The notes: generated by a model from the sequence alone, not told the origin. A stretch of DNA of 64,000 nucleotides from Candidatus Omnitrophota bacterium (GCA_028711115.1 JAQTSV010000001.1:518032-582031); one strand, 5' to 3'; shown: positions 1-10,182, counted from the stretch's first letter. Numbers and translations are program-made.

Positions 1-79
1 TACTGTATGGGAAAGCCGGCACTGTAAAGCCAGCTATTATGAGTAGGATTTCCCGCGTTCACTAGTTCGATGGCGATAA

Positions 80-733
80 ATGAAAAAGGCAGTTGTTTTA
101 CTCTCGGGAGGATTGGATTCGGCGACAACATTATTCTATGCCAGGAAAAAAGGTTATAAAGTTTATTGCCTGATATTTGACTATAACCAAAGGCATAAAA
201 GAGAAATCAAATCCGCTAGAAGAATTGCCCAAGAAGCAAATTGCGATTATAAAGTTATAAAGATTAACCTGCTCTGGAAAGGTTCTGCTCTTTTGGATAA
301 AAATATTTCTATTCCTAAACTAGCTACGTCGGGAATTCCGGTTACCTATGTGCCGGCAAGAAATACGATTTTTTTAAGTTTTGCCTTGTCTTATGCGGAA
401 ACCATCGGCGCAGACCAGATATTTATCGGAGCAAATGCAATTGATTTTTCCGGTTATCCGGATTGCCGGACGCCTTACTACAGAGTTTTCAATAAACTCA
501 GCAAGTTAGCCACAAAAGTCGGCGTAGAAAATAAATCCATAAGAATAAATACACCGCTGATTAAAAAAACCAAGAGAGAAATTGTTTTGCTGGCTAAAAA
601 ATTAAAAGTACCTTTTGAATTGACTTGGTCTTGTTATAAAGGCGGTGAAAAACCCTGCGGTGTATGCGACAGTTGCAGATTGCGGGCAAAAGGTTTTACG
701 CAGGCGCATACTAAAGATACTTTATTAGGTTAG
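80..733 (+). CDS. queC: 7-cyano-7-deazaguanine synthase QueC
   Basis: PP-loop motif LLSGGLDS at the N-terminus and a C-terminal Cys cluster (SCYKGGEKPCGVCDSC). Followed by queE and queF. Confidence 0.9.
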   Translation: MKKAVVLLSGGLDSATTLFYARKKGYKVYCLIFDYNQRHKREIKSARRIAQEANCDYKVIKINLLWKGSALLDKNISIPKLATSGIPVTYVPARNTIFLSFALSYAETIGADQIFIGANAIDFSGYPDCRTPYYRVFNKLSKLATKVGVENKSIRINTPLIKKTKREIVLLAKKLKVPFELTWSCYKGGEKPCGVCDSCRLRAKGFTQAHTKDTLLG

Positions 734-734
734 A

Positions 735-1415
735 ATGATTAAAGCAAAAATTAGCGATATCTTTGTCAGTATCCAGGGCGAAGGCAAATATCTTGACCAG
801 GAACAGTGCTTCGTAAGATTTTATGACTGCAGTTTAAAATGTGATTTCTGCGATACAAAAATTTATACCTTTCAGGAATATACGCCTGTTGAATTGATAG
901 ATAAGATAAAAAGTGTAATTGGCAAAAGGAATATAAAGTCTATTTCCATAACCGGAGGAGAACCGTTAGAGCAGCGGGATTTTCTTCTGGAATTTCTTCC
1001 CAAATTAAAATCCGAATGCTTTGAGGTTTATCTTGAGACCAACGGAGTGCTTGTCGATGAACTGTTTGATGTCATAGAACATATCGACGTAATCTCTATG
1101 GATATTAAGCTCCCCAGTTCTACCAAACAAAAGTCTTTCTGGCAGGAGCACAAAGAATTCCTAAAAATCGCCAAAGGCAAGGATGTTTTTGTCAAGACCG
1201 TAATTTGCATTGATACGACATGGGAAGATTTTAAACAGGCCGTGGATCTGGTCTGTAAAATAAATCCCGCGATAACTTTTGTCTTGCAGCCGAATTCCGA
1301 GCAGCTGGGCAAAGAGCTGGCTGAGAAATTGCACGAATTTAAAAAATATAGCAAAGACTACCTTTCAGATGTGAGAGCGATTCCGCAGATTCATAAAGCG
1401 ATGGGAGTGAAATGA
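735..1415 (+). CDS. queE: 7-carboxy-7-deazaguanine synthase QueE (radical SAM)
   Basis: N-terminal SIQGEG motif and a Cys triad CSLKCDFCDT. Starts 1 nt after the queC stop. Confidence 0.85.
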   Translation: MIKAKISDIFVSIQGEGKYLDQEQCFVRFYDCSLKCDFCDTKIYTFQEYTPVELIDKIKSVIGKRNIKSISITGGEPLEQRDFLLEFLPKLKSECFEVYLETNGVLVDELFDVIEHIDVISMDIKLPSSTKQKSFWQEHKEFLKIAKGKDVFVKTVICIDTTWEDFKQAVDLVCKINPAITFVLQPNSEQLGKELAEKLHEFKKYSKDYLSDVRAIPQIHKAMGVK

Positions 1416-1819
1416 TGCAGAGACAAATAAATAAATCTTCATACGAAGGGTTGCAGAAGAATATACGCAATCTAAAAACTCCCCGGATTGAGGTCTGGAA
1501 GAATCAATATCCGGATAAAGAAGAGATGGTTGCTTTGGAAACGAATGAACTGACCTGTATTTGCCCCAAGACAGGTTTACCGGATTTCGCCAACATAACA
1601 ATCCAATACATACCGGATAAACTTTGCGTAGAATTGAAATCCTTCAAAATGTATCTGCATTCTTTCCGTAACATAGGAATTTTCCATGAACATCTCACGA
1701 ATAAAATCCTGGATGATTTTGTAAAAGCCTGTAAACCGCGTTTTGCGCGAATAGAAATAGAAATGAACATCCGCGGCGGAATCAAAACAGTGGTTTCGGC
1801 AATTTATCAACAAAGATGA
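1412..1819 (+). CDS. queF: NADPH-dependent preQ0 reductase QueF (type I)
   Basis: Catalytic Cys context ELTCICPKTGLPDF and the QueF motif ELKSFKMYL. 4-nt overlap with queE. Confidence 0.85.
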   Translation: MMQRQINKSSYEGLQKNIRNLKTPRIEVWKNQYPDKEEMVALETNELTCICPKTGLPDFANITIQYIPDKLCVELKSFKMYLHSFRNIGIFHEHLTNKILDDFVKACKPRFARIEIEMNIRGGIKTVVSAIYQQR

Positions 1820-2637
1820 AAAGAATAAATAGTAATATTATAACCAAAACAATAATTAATCTTTGCGTAGAAGCAAATTTGAATTTGCGCCGTGATGTTT
1901 TAAGCGCGCTTAAGTCGGCTTGTCGCAAAGAAAATAATTCACGGGCAAAAAATATTTTAGGAGATATCATTCAAAATGCCGCAATTGCCAGAAAAGAACG
2001 CCTGGCGATTTGTCAGGATACTGGTATGCCTTTAGTTTTTGCAGAAATCGGTCAGGATGTAAAAATAATCGGCGATTTAAAGAAAGCAATAAATAAAGGC
2101 ATAGATAAAGGCTACAAAAAAGCAAGTTTAAGAAATTCTATAGTAGGCGACCCGTTATTAAGAGGAAATTCTAAATATTCTCCGGCAGTAATTCACATTG
2201 ATTTAGTCAAAGGTAATAAATTAAAATTGACAGTCTTGCCAAAAGGTTTTGGCTGTGAAAATAAAAGCGCATTAAAGATGTTTAATCCCACTGTAAGTAT
2301 AGATGAAGTAGGGAAATTTATCATCAATACAGTTAAAGCTGCAGGCCCAAATGCCTGTCCGCCTTATGTAGTTGGCGTAGGAATTGGCGGGACAGCAGAT
2401 TACGCGTGTTTATTAGCAAAGAAGGCATTATTGAGAAAGATCCGAAACCCAAAATCCAAATTAGAAAAAGATTTATTGGCCAGCATAAATAAATTAAACA
2501 TTGGACCAATGGGTTTAGGCGGAGACACAACTGCGCTAGCCGTAAATATCGAGACTTACCCGACACACATTGCGGGCTTGCCCGTAGCGGTAAATATTTC
2601 CTGCCATGCGCTTCGCAGTGCAACAGAAGTTTTATGA
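1816..2637 (+). CDS. Fe-S type hydro-lyase, alpha subunit (class I fumarate hydratase / tartrate dehydratase family)
   Basis: Motifs CQDTGMP and GVGIGGT are typical of the class I fumarase N-terminal domain. Overlaps the beta subunit gene by 4 nt. Confidence 0.8.
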   Translation: MKRINSNIITKTIINLCVEANLNLRRDVLSALKSACRKENNSRAKNILGDIIQNAAIARKERLAICQDTGMPLVFAEIGQDVKIIGDLKKAINKGIDKGYKKASLRNSIVGDPLLRGNSKYSPAVIHIDLVKGNKLKLTVLPKGFGCENKSALKMFNPTVSIDEVGKFIINTVKAAGPNACPPYVVGVGIGGTADYACLLAKKALLRKIRNPKSKLEKDLLASINKLNIGPMGLGGDTTALAVNIETYPTHIAGLPVAVNISCHALRSATEVL

Positions 2638-3161
2638 GAAGAATATCCACGCCACTCACTAAAGAAATAATCAAAACTTTAAGATGCGGCCAGGAAATTT
2701 TATTAAGCGGTACAATTTATACCGCACGCGACCAGGCGCATAAAAGATTAAGAGAGGCAATCAAGAAACACAAAAAGCTGCCTTTTGGTCTGAATAATCA
2801 GATTATTTATTATTGTGGTCCGACAAATACGCCCAGAGGAAAGATTATCGGCTCCTGCGGCCCCACGACAAGTTCGAGAATGGATTCTTTTACGCCTTTA
2901 TTGCTTAAAAAAGGATTAAAAGGAATAGTCGGCAAGGGCGAGCGTTCCCGAGAAGTTGTAGGAGCAATTAAAAAATCCAAGGCGGTTTATTTCTTGGCGC
3001 CGGCCGGATGTGGAGCATTATTAGCAAAAAAAGTGAAAAGCTCAAAAATAATCGCCTATAAAGACTTGGGCCCGGAAGCGATTAGAAAATTAGAAGTAAA
3101 AGATTTTCCTTTAATTGTAGGAATTGATTCGCAAGGAAGGAGCGTTTATGCTGCGCAGTGA
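2634..3161 (+). CDS. Fe-S type hydro-lyase, beta subunit (class I fumarate hydratase C-terminal domain)
   Basis: [16 protein letters not shown] and GPTTSSRMD motifs. Translationally coupled to the alpha subunit. Confidence 0.8.
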   Translation: MRRISTPLTKEIIKTLRCGQEILLSGTIYTARDQAHKRLREAIKKHKKLPFGLNNQIIYYCGPTNTPRGKIIGSCGPTTSSRMDSFTPLLLKKGLKGIVGKGERSREVVGAIKKSKAVYFLAPAGCGALLAKKVKSSKIIAYKDLGPEAIRKLEVKDFPLIVGIDSQGRSVYAAQ

Positions 3162-3864
3162 CGGAAGAGGACTGGACAAGTTAAGAAAAGTTAGCATAAC
3201 AAGAAATTATATAAAGTATGCCGAAGGTTCTTGTTTGATAGAATTGGGTAATACCAAAGTGATATGCACAGCGTCCGTTGAGGAATCCGTGCCGCCATTT
3301 TTAAAAAACACCGGCACAGGCTGGGTGACAGCCGAGTATGGAATGCTTCCGCGTTCCTGCCAGACGCGCATTCAGCGCGGAAAAGATTCAGGCAGGACTT
3401 ATGAGATTCAACGTTTGGTGGGCCGCTCTTTACGCACAGTTACAGAAATGAAATTCCTGGGTGAGCGCACAATCTGGCTTGACTGCGATGTAATCCAGGC
3501 AGACGGCGGCACGCGCACCGCAAGCATTACCGGAAGTTTTATCGCCTTGGTCGATGCGCTTTACAAAATAAAAAAGGATGGCTTAATCGGCAAAATGCCT
3601 CTGAAGGATTATGTGGCTGCGACAAGCGTTGGTATCGTCGACAATAATTTATTGCTTGATTTGAATTACGAAGAAGATTCCAAGGCGCAGGTCGATATGA
3701 ATATTATTATGACCAGCCAAGGAAAATTTATTGAAATCCAGGGGACCGCAGAAAGAGAACCTTTCTCCAAAGAAGAGATGGACAAATTACTGGTTTTGGC
3801 ACAACAGGGAATCGGGCAATTAATCGATGTCCAGAAACAAGCCGTAGGAAAATATTTGGAATAA
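3148..3864 (+). CDS. rph: Ribonuclease PH
   Basis: [29 protein letters not shown] and [17 protein letters not shown] motifs. I prefer the ATG at 3148 (RBS GGAAGGAG) over the track start at 3124. Confidence 0.9.
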   Translation: MLRSDGRGLDKLRKVSITRNYIKYAEGSCLIELGNTKVICTASVEESVPPFLKNTGTGWVTAEYGMLPRSCQTRIQRGKDSGRTYEIQRLVGRSLRTVTEMKFLGERTIWLDCDVIQADGGTRTASITGSFIALVDALYKIKKDGLIGKMPLKDYVAATSVGIVDNNLLLDLNYEEDSKAQVDMNIIMTSQGKFIEIQGTAEREPFSKEEMDKLLVLAQQGIGQLIDVQKQAVGKYLE

Positions 3865-3869
3865 AATAA

Positions 3870-4493
3870 ATGATTAAGGAATTAGTCGTAGCCACGCGTA
3901 ACAAAAAAAAGTTAGAAGAAATAAAATACATGCTAAAGGATTTGAATTTTATGATTACATCTTTAGCTGATTATGATAATCTTCCCAAAATAATTGAAGA
4001 CGGCCTCACCTTCAAAGAGAATGCCATAAAGAAATCCGCCACAATCGCCCAGTATCTTGGAAAATTCACCTTAGGCGAGGATTCGGGATTGGAGGTGGAG
4101 GCATTAGGTAACCGGCCCGGTGTTTATTCGGCCAGATATTCCGGCAAAAATTCCACCGATAGAAGAAATAATCAGAAGTTACTCAAAGAATTAGCAAAAG
4201 TTCCTCTAAAAAAGAGAAAAGCAAAATATACCTGCAGCGTTGCTGTTTGTGACAGCCATGGATTGTTAGGAGTTTTTGAGGGGACCTGCCGAGGCATTAT
4301 TGCCAGTCGCGAAAGAGGACAGTTCGGCTTTGGTTATGATCCTATATTTCTTATACCGAAATATAATAAGACGTTTGGAGAGTTAGGAGAAGGAATAAAA
4401 CATAAGATGAGCCACCGTTATAAGGCTTTTGTAAAAGTACGCAACTTTATTCTTGGTCTTGACCGCCAAAGATTAAATCCGCAACACCTTTAA
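3870..4493 (+). CDS. rdgB: dITP/XTP pyrophosphatase (RdgB/HAM1 family)
   Basis: Motifs VATRNKKKLEE, EDSGLEVEALGNRPGVYSARY and FGYDPIF. Its 3' end overlaps the convergent gene by 47 nt. Confidence 0.85.
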   Translation: MIKELVVATRNKKKLEEIKYMLKDLNFMITSLADYDNLPKIIEDGLTFKENAIKKSATIAQYLGKFTLGEDSGLEVEALGNRPGVYSARYSGKNSTDRRNNQKLLKELAKVPLKKRKAKYTCSVAVCDSHGLLGVFEGTCRGIIASRERGQFGFGYDPIFLIPKYNKTFGELGEGIKHKMSHRYKAFVKVRNFILGLDRQRLNPQHL

Positions 4494-7017
4494 CCTTTTT
4501 TAAAGTTCCTTTAATGCCTTCTGTTACTTTGTTGAATATCTCTTTTGTGACCATTTTTATTTCTACTTTGGGATTTTGGATTGTGCCTTTGACCTGCACT
4601 ACGGAGATGCCTGCCAGTTTCGCCATTTCTTCGCTAAAGATACCTTGATATTGATTGGAGCTTTGTGTATTTTCTGCGGTTTGCTGTGAGCCTTCCGTTG
4701 CGTTTTGATTGACAGGATAAGGGGCGACTTCAAAGTCCAGATTTCCCGCAAAATCAATACTACCATCGCAGGATAAAGAGATGACATTGGAATTCAATAC
4801 AAGGTTGTCCGTGGATATCTTTCTCCCGCCGATATTAAAATCTGCTTTGGCCTCTTTAAAAACCAGAGTTTGATACCGCGGAATAAATAAAAAATCTCCT
4901 AATTTAGCCAAGGGATTAAATTCCCACAAATAGCCGTTTTTAATTAAGAAGCTTCCGTTTCCTTTTATGTCCTGCAGCGATGTCAAAGGACCGCTTAATA
5001 TTACGGCAGCGGTCAGAATACCTTCGAACTCTTTATCTTTCATAGGGGTGTCTAGTTTTAATTTGGAAAGGTCGATATTGTCGGTGGCAACATTAAAGGC
5101 GTAAGGATTATTTTCTTTTTCCAGGTCTATTAAGCCATTTGCTGAAATAGCGCCGTCATAGAATACGCAATTAGCTTGAGGAATTTTTATCTGTTGATTT
5201 TCCTGGGCTAACTGCATCTCTAAATTATTGAGGCTAAGCCCGTATAATTTTAATCTGCTGCTAGTCAGATTCAGTGAGGCATTGAGCAACTTGGGATTTT
5301 TTATGTTGCCCTGGATTTTTCCCGTAATATCACAAATTCCTTCGGGTTTTATGAGAGAGATATTTTCCTGAGGCAGATATTTTATTTGTTTGAGATCCTC
5401 CATGTCAAACTGTGATTGAATTTTTAAGTCCACTTCATAATCGTCGGGGTTTTTTATCTGAACATTTCCGTTTAGAGCCAGATTAGAATTATAGTAGCCC
5501 AGATTTAAAGAGTCTATACTGTATGTATTTTCCTTGATTGTGTTTATTTTGGTGGCTATATTTATTTTGTCGCTGGTCAGTTCCAGATTAATCGATGGTG
5601 ATTTAAAATTTGTTATCTTTGCTTTGGAGCTGAAATTTATATCGAGCAGGTTAAAGGAAAGGTTAGTCCAGCTGATACTTTGTTGGTCAAAATTCAAAGG
5701 GCCGTTTATGGCATTAATCTGGTAGGGGATATTTTCGGCCTTGAGAGAGGCATTTTCCAGGCCTAAAGACCCTTGAAATTTGAAATCTTTTTCGCCGGTA
5801 AGCTTTGAGACATTGATATCTAAAGCTGCCTTGCCTTCGGCGGTTACCGAGTTGACAAAGTCATAATAATTTTTTATGAAATCTTTGGCTACTGGGATAT
5901 CCATCCGGGATTTCAGGTTAAGGTTGATAGCTGGATCGGAGAAATTCTCCAAATTTCCCTTAATTTCAAAAAGTGTCTGCAGCATTTCTACTCTCGCTGC
6001 ATTGATATCTATGCGATTGGGGGATATTTCTAAATTCGCGTATTTAATCTTGGTATTCCCGGGAAGCTGCGGGTCTTTCAAATCAGCAACCAGGTTATCC
6101 GCATTAATAAGGTAATCAAAATTCGCTATATTTGTGATATTTACAGTAAGAGAGGTTTTTAACTTCGCGCTGGCATCAGAAAGAGAAGTTTTGTCTTTGG
6201 CTAAAGATACATTCGCGACGTCCATATTAGTGTTTATGGTAAGGTCATTGCCTATAAGAGTGCATTCACTGTTAATTTTGTTAATGAAGAAGGTATTTAT
6301 GGTGAAAGGCAGGTCTTTTACATATCCTAAGAACGGCATGATATCTAACTTGTCGATGTTAAAGTTTATCTTCAGTTCTTTATTTTTAAATTTATACTTA
6401 CCGTAAATATCAAGGCCAAAGGATTGTTTTTTGTATATCAATGCCCCCTGCAAGTTGAAGTTAACTCCGGAAGAATCTATTTTTGCTTTTACAGTATCAA
6501 GTTTTAAGGTTTGCGTAACACTGGAAGGAATTGTTTTGTCCAGGAAATCAACCCGGCAGTCATAGATATTGATTTTATAGATAAGAAAAGGAAGCGATGA
6601 TTGTTTACCGCCTGACTGTAATTGCACAGGCAGTAATTCCTGGATATTTAATTTGTTATCTTCGTAACGGATGATATCCAGTTTGGGACTGTCGATATTT
6701 ATGGAAGGAATTAATATCTTTCCGTTTTGGAAAAATGGCAAGATGAGGAAATTTGCCGTGATGCGTTCCACCTGAAGTATCGGCGCGAGGTCTTTCTTGT
6801 TCGCTATGCTAAGATCGGAAAGAACAATACCCTTAAAAATGTTAAATTTTACGTCTTTTAACTCTACGGCGACTCCCAGTTTATTTGAGATTTCCTGGAT
6901 TATGCGTGCCTTTATTATCTTTGGCAAATAGTAGCTGTTAAGATAATATATCCCCAAAGAGGAGACGGTAATCAATATAATAATAGTGAATAAAATAATC
7001 TTTATTTTCTTCTTCAT
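4447..7017 (-). CDS. Large N-terminally anchored AsmA/TamB-like (DUF748-type) envelope protein
   Basis: Single N-terminal TM helix (KIKIILFTIIILITVSSLGIYYL) followed by about 800 aa of beta-rich, Asn/Lys-rich repeats, as in the AsmA family. The ATG at 7017 is preferred to the TTG at 7041. Confidence 0.5.
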   Translation of the reverse strand: MKKKIKIILFTIIILITVSSLGIYYLNSYYLPKIIKARIIQEISNKLGVAVELKDVKFNIFKGIVLSDLSIANKKDLAPILQVERITANFLILPFFQNGKILIPSINIDSPKLDIIRYEDNKLNIQELLPVQLQSGGKQSSLPFLIYKINIYDCRVDFLDKTIPSSVTQTLKLDTVKAKIDSSGVNFNLQGALIYKKQSFGLDIYGKYKFKNKELKINFNIDKLDIMPFLGYVKDLPFTINTFFINKINSECTLIGNDLTINTNMDVANVSLAKDKTSLSDASAKLKTSLTVNITNIANFDYLINADNLVADLKDPQLPGNTKIKYANLEISPNRIDINAARVEMLQTLFEIKGNLENFSDPAINLNLKSRMDIPVAKDFIKNYYDFVNSVTAEGKAALDINVSKLTGEKDFKFQGSLGLENASLKAENIPYQINAINGPLNFDQQSISWTNLSFNLLDINFSSKAKITNFKSPSINLELTSDKINIATKINTIKENTYSIDSLNLGYYNSNLALNGNVQIKNPDDYEVDLKIQSQFDMEDLKQIKYLPQENISLIKPEGICDITGKIQGNIKNPKLLNASLNLTSSRLKLYGLSLNNLEMQLAQENQQIKIPQANCVFYDGAISANGLIDLEKENNPYAFNVATDNIDLSKLKLDTPMKDKEFEGILTAAVILSGPLTSLQDIKGNGSFLIKNGYLWEFNPLAKLGDFLFIPRYQTLVFKEAKADFNIGGRKISTDNLVLNSNVISLSCDGSIDFAGNLDFEVAPYPVNQNATEGSQQTAENTQSSNQYQGIFSEEMAKLAGISVVQVKGTIQNPKVEIKMVTKEIFNKVTEGIKGTLKKVKGVADLIFGGQDQE

Positions 7018-7143
7018 AGTTTGATTATTTTCTCGTAACAACTGTTTATCGACAAATTATAATAGCATATCTTTTTTAAGAAGTAAACCCTGATTGGGAC
7101 TTAGATTCGTGCCTGTTTGAGTTTTTAACTTATTGCCAAAAAA

Positions 7144-7172
7144 AGATTTGAATGTTATAATTAAACACCTAT
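7144..7172 (+). promoter_or_regulatory. sigma70-like promoter upstream of tRNA-Pro
   Basis: TTGCCA - 17 nt - TATAAT (ttgccaaaaaaagatttgaatgttataat), about 27 nt upstream of the tRNA. Confidence 0.45.
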
Positions 7173-7198
7173 AAAAGTAATAATTAGAGTAGGTGATT

Positions 7199-7274
7199 CG
7201 GGGAGTAGCGCAGTTTGGTTCAGCGCGTTTGGTTTGGGACCAAAAGGTCGTGGGTTCGAGTCCCACCTCCCCGA
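7199..7274 (+). tRNA. tRNA-Pro (anticodon TGG)
   Basis: Manual cloverleaf: CGGGGAG/CTCCCCG acceptor, GCGC D-stem, anticodon stem TTTGG/CCAAA with loop TTTGGGA, T-arm GTGGG-TTCGAGT-CCCAC. 76 nt, no encoded CCA. Confidence 0.85.
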
Positions 7275-7376
7275 CTAAAATTAAATAAGATAAAGAGCGC
7301 AAGAGTTAAAAGCTTGGCCTGACCGGGTATAATTTTCAATAATATTTTTTGCGATAATATGATACAATAGAAAAAG

Positions 7377-8291
7377 ATGGAGCCAAGAAATCCAGAGACA
7401 ACAGGGAATAATATTTACCGGATAAATCCGCTAAAATATCTTGTTTTTTTATTTATAGCTATAATTTTAAGCATTTCTTTTCCTGCTCAGCTTAGGGCAG
7501 ATTGTCGTCTTTGGGCTGCAGTTTCCCGTGATAAAATACCCGAGGAAGTGACGCTGGACCAGCTTTTAAGGGCGCCCCGTTCTTTAAAAGTCTTGGGAGC
7601 ATTTAATAGGGACGGCTGGGGAATCGGATATTATCTTGGCAAAGACGCATTGCTTATAAAAGGAATGCTCTCTGCGGATAAGGATGAGAAATATAATCAA
7701 GCGGTAATAAAGGTAGCCCATCTTGAGCCCAAGATTATTGTGGCGCATGTAAGAATAGCAGTTTCCGGATGCAGGAACAATGCGGTGAATCCGCATCCTT
7801 TCACGAGAGATAAGGGCGGCAAGCATTGGCTTTTCGGTCACAACGGTATCGTCGGCAAAGCAAAACTAATTGATCTTATCGGAGACAAATATTTAAAGGC
7901 CAATCCTCCCAATACTTGCACTTATGATCCGCCGGATTCTTGGGTGGGTTCTGAACTGTATTTCATTTTCTTGCTTAAATGTATCGAAGAAAGCAACTGG
8001 GATGTGGAGAAAGGTATAAAAAAAGCTATTTCTATATTGGAATCTGTGGTACGCAAGGGCAATTTAGGGTTCAATTTCTTTCTCACAGACGGCGAGACGA
8101 TTTGGGCTTTTCGTAAAGGGCGCTCGCTTTATTATTACTATCAGTCGTCTCCTCAATATTCAGTGGTGGCGTCAGAATGCCCCTATGCTGATAAGGGGAA
8201 ATGGACAGAGGTTCCCGAGGGGTCTTTGGTTATAATGAAACCAGGAGCCCCTGTAGTTTTGAAATCGATCTCTGCGCCCGTAGCTCAATAG
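7377..8291 (+). CDS. Class II (Ntn-type) glutamine amidotransferase-like protein with an N-terminal signal/anchor
   Basis: Hydrophobic segment YLVFLFIAIILSISFPAQLRA is followed directly by CRLWAAVS, the position of the nucleophilic Cys in class II GATases. HNG motif (FGHNGIV). The last 18 nt overlap tRNA-Arg. Confidence 0.5.
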   Translation: MEPRNPETTGNNIYRINPLKYLVFLFIAIILSISFPAQLRADCRLWAAVSRDKIPEEVTLDQLLRAPRSLKVLGAFNRDGWGIGYYLGKDALLIKGMLSADKDEKYNQAVIKVAHLEPKIIVAHVRIAVSGCRNNAVNPHPFTRDKGGKHWLFGHNGIVGKAKLIDLIGDKYLKANPPNTCTYDPPDSWVGSELYFIFLLKCIEESNWDVEKGIKKAISILESVVRKGNLGFNFFLTDGETIWAFRKGRSLYYYYQSSPQYSVVASECPYADKGKWTEVPEGSLVIMKPGAPVVLKSISAPVAQ

Positions 8292-8347
8292 GACAGAGCA
8301 TCTGCCTTCTAAGCAGAGGGTTGCCCGTTCGATTCGGGCCGGGCGCG
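8274..8347 (+). tRNA. tRNA-Arg (anticodon TCT)
   Basis: Manual cloverleaf: GCGCCCG/CGGGCGC acceptor, GCTC/GAGC D-stem, TCTGC-CTTCTAA-GCAGA anticodon arm, GCCCG-TTCGATT-CGGGC T-arm. 74 nt. Confidence 0.85.
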
Positions 8348-8377
8348 AGTTATTTAAATTAGGGCAATTAGTTATAA

Positions 8378-9550
8378 ATGAAGATATTAAAACGCATTAT
8401 TTTAGGAATTTTTATTTTCTTGGCCGTTGTTTATTTGGGCCTGAACATTTTTATTTCTACTAAAGGTAAGACTTTGCTTTGTGAAATATTAAGCCAGGTA
8501 ATCGGCAAAAAAGTTACTGTTGGTTCGTTGAATCTTGTTCCTCTTTATGGCGTTTCCGTAAATAATCTAAACATTGAAGGATTGTTTGCTGCAGAAAAAA
8601 TAAACGCTGAACCCAGCCTTATGGGATTATTTTTTGGCAAAGTGGGATTTAATAAAATTATTGTAACAAAACCCAGGGTTTTCATAGTGCGCACAGGAGG
8701 TGCCAGATTTAACGTAAATGAAATTATCGATCATGTGATGGCGCAGAATAATCCCAATCAGAAAATCAATTTCTTTGTCAAGAAATTACTGGTGAAAAAT
8801 GGGAAAGTATCTTTCCAGGACAATATAAATAATTTATCTTTTGATATTACTCCTGTAGAGCTGTCTGTAATTACCAGCACGTTAAATTTTAGAACAGCAG
8901 TGGGCTTAAAGGCGAAAGCCGTGTCTAGCGATAGAAGAAATGTGGCTGACATTTCTGCAGACGGCTGGTTGAATTTTCTCAGAAAAGATATGGATGCAAA
9001 GTTTTCCGTGCAGGATATAGATGCAGCATATTTTTCCTCGTATTTCGGAAATTTAATTAAGAAGGTTGTTTCCGGAAAGTTGTTTTTTACCGCCGATATG
9101 GTTTCACGCAATAACGATTTGGCCATAGATTGCCATTTGGAGACGCGCGACATAAGATTCAGCGACGAGCCTTTACTGGCAGATCTTAACAATAAGCAGA
9201 TTACCTTATTCGGCAATATTTCAGAGATTGTTCTGGATACATTGTTTGGGCCCGGCAGCGGCGGAATCTTTGATTTTTCCATTCATACTAAGTTTGACAG
9301 GCCAAAGTTAGAAGGTTTGCAATTCAAGGGCAATATTTTTAAAGAACCCCTGAAAAATCTTATCCAGGGTAACATTGGTAAAGAGGGAGTGGAGGCGGTT
9401 AAAAAGGTAGGCGAAGATTTTAAAGCCATAGGCAAAGAATTAAAAGAGCAGTTTAAAGATGTAAAGGATATTTTTAAGGTTTTTAAAGAAAAAAAAGAGG
9501 TTGAGGCACCTGATCCCCAGGAGTCTCAAACAGTGTCAGATAATCAATAA
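8378..9550 (+). CDS. N-terminally anchored DUF748/AsmA-like protein
   Basis: N-terminal TM helix. The start (CEILSQVIGKKVTVGSLNLVP) resembles that of the 4447-7017 protein. Lys/Glu-rich tail. Confidence 0.4.
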   Translation: MKILKRIILGIFIFLAVVYLGLNIFISTKGKTLLCEILSQVIGKKVTVGSLNLVPLYGVSVNNLNIEGLFAAEKINAEPSLMGLFFGKVGFNKIIVTKPRVFIVRTGGARFNVNEIIDHVMAQNNPNQKINFFVKKLLVKNGKVSFQDNINNLSFDITPVELSVITSTLNFRTAVGLKAKAVSSDRRNVADISADGWLNFLRKDMDAKFSVQDIDAAYFSSYFGNLIKKVVSGKLFFTADMVSRNNDLAIDCHLETRDIRFSDEPLLADLNNKQITLFGNISEIVLDTLFGPGSGGIFDFSIHTKFDRPKLEGLQFKGNIFKEPLKNLIQGNIGKEGVEAVKKVGEDFKAIGKELKEQFKDVKDIFKVFKEKKEVEAPDPQESQTVSDNQ

Positions 9551-9569
9551 GAAAGGAGGCGAGGAAAAT

Positions 9570-10013
9570 ATGAAGATAAAAGGAATTTTTAAAACAGGTT
9601 TTACGCTGATGGAGATAATGATAGTCATAATTATTATTGGCATTTTGGTCCGCTTGGCTATTCCGAGATACACGCATACTATAGAGAATTCAAGGACAGC
9701 TGAGGCGCTGGATGTGCTTGGTGCCATCCGCAATGCGCAAATGCGTTACGTTTTAGACAACGATGGATATACCAACAGTTTGACTAATCTTGATATAAAT
9801 ATGAGCAGCGCCGGTCGATTTTTCACTTTTTCAGCAGTGTCAGGAGGAAATCCTTTTAATGCAGTCAATGATATTATTGCCACGGCAGTAAGAACCGGTG
9901 GTTCCTATACTATTTCTATGACTGAAAACGGCACATATTCTACGGCGGGTGGCTCTGGTTACATACCACCTACGCAGTCACAAGAAATGGGATATACGCC
10001 ACCACAGAGTTAG
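9570..10013 (+). CDS. Prepilin-type N-terminal cleavage/methylation domain protein (type IV pilin/pseudopilin-like)
   Basis: KTGFTLMEIMIVIIIIGIL matches the G|FTL(I/M)E prepilin signature. RBS GAAAGGAGG lies upstream of the ATG at 9570. Confidence 0.7.
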   Translation: MKIKGIFKTGFTLMEIMIVIIIIGILVRLAIPRYTHTIENSRTAEALDVLGAIRNAQMRYVLDNDGYTNSLTNLDINMSSAGRFFTFSAVSGGNPFNAVNDIIATAVRTGGSYTISMTENGTYSTAGGSGYIPPTQSQEMGYTPPQS

Positions 10014-10091
10014 AGTTTACGGAAAGCTTAAAACAGATTTTTTAGAAAGTGGTGTAGCCAATTTTCAGATAAGGCACAGAAACAATTTTAT

Positions 10092-10181
10092 GGTGGGTGT
10101 AGCTCAACTTGGTTAGAGCATCCGCCATTGAATCTTCGGCGGATGGCCGCTGACGCTTTAGTAGCGGCCACTTGACTATGG
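10092..10181 (+). pseudogene. Truncated, interrupted copy of the tRNA-His 5' half
   Basis: 10092-10120 is identical to the first 29 nt of the intact tRNA-His at 10437. A 50-nt insert with two hairpins follows (ATCCGCC..GGCGGAT; GGCCGCT..AGCGGCC). Then comes CTTGACTATGG, versus CTTGACTGTGG in the real anticodon arm. No T-arm or 3' acceptor follows. Confidence 0.55.
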
Positions 10182-10182
10182 T

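Noticed and set aside
1-79. Possible preQ1 riboswitch upstream of queC. GTTCACTAG resembles the GGUUCUAGCUAC loop of preQ1-I, and there is an A-rich tail.
   Set aside because: Only a 3-bp P1 (CGC/GCG) can be drawn, and the CCC...AAAAAACUA tail is not reproduced. The window also cuts the upstream context. The evidence is insufficient, and cmscan would settle it.
8758-9282. Long antisense ORFs inside confident genes. Examples are 8758-9282, 13967-14491, 14887-15351, 24420-24848, 40864-41322, 45779-46165, 54487-54921 and 57348-57722.
   Set aside because: Each lies wholly within a longer opposite-strand ORF that carries clear family motifs. Their translations are low-complexity or Ser/Leu/Pro-rich shadow frames.
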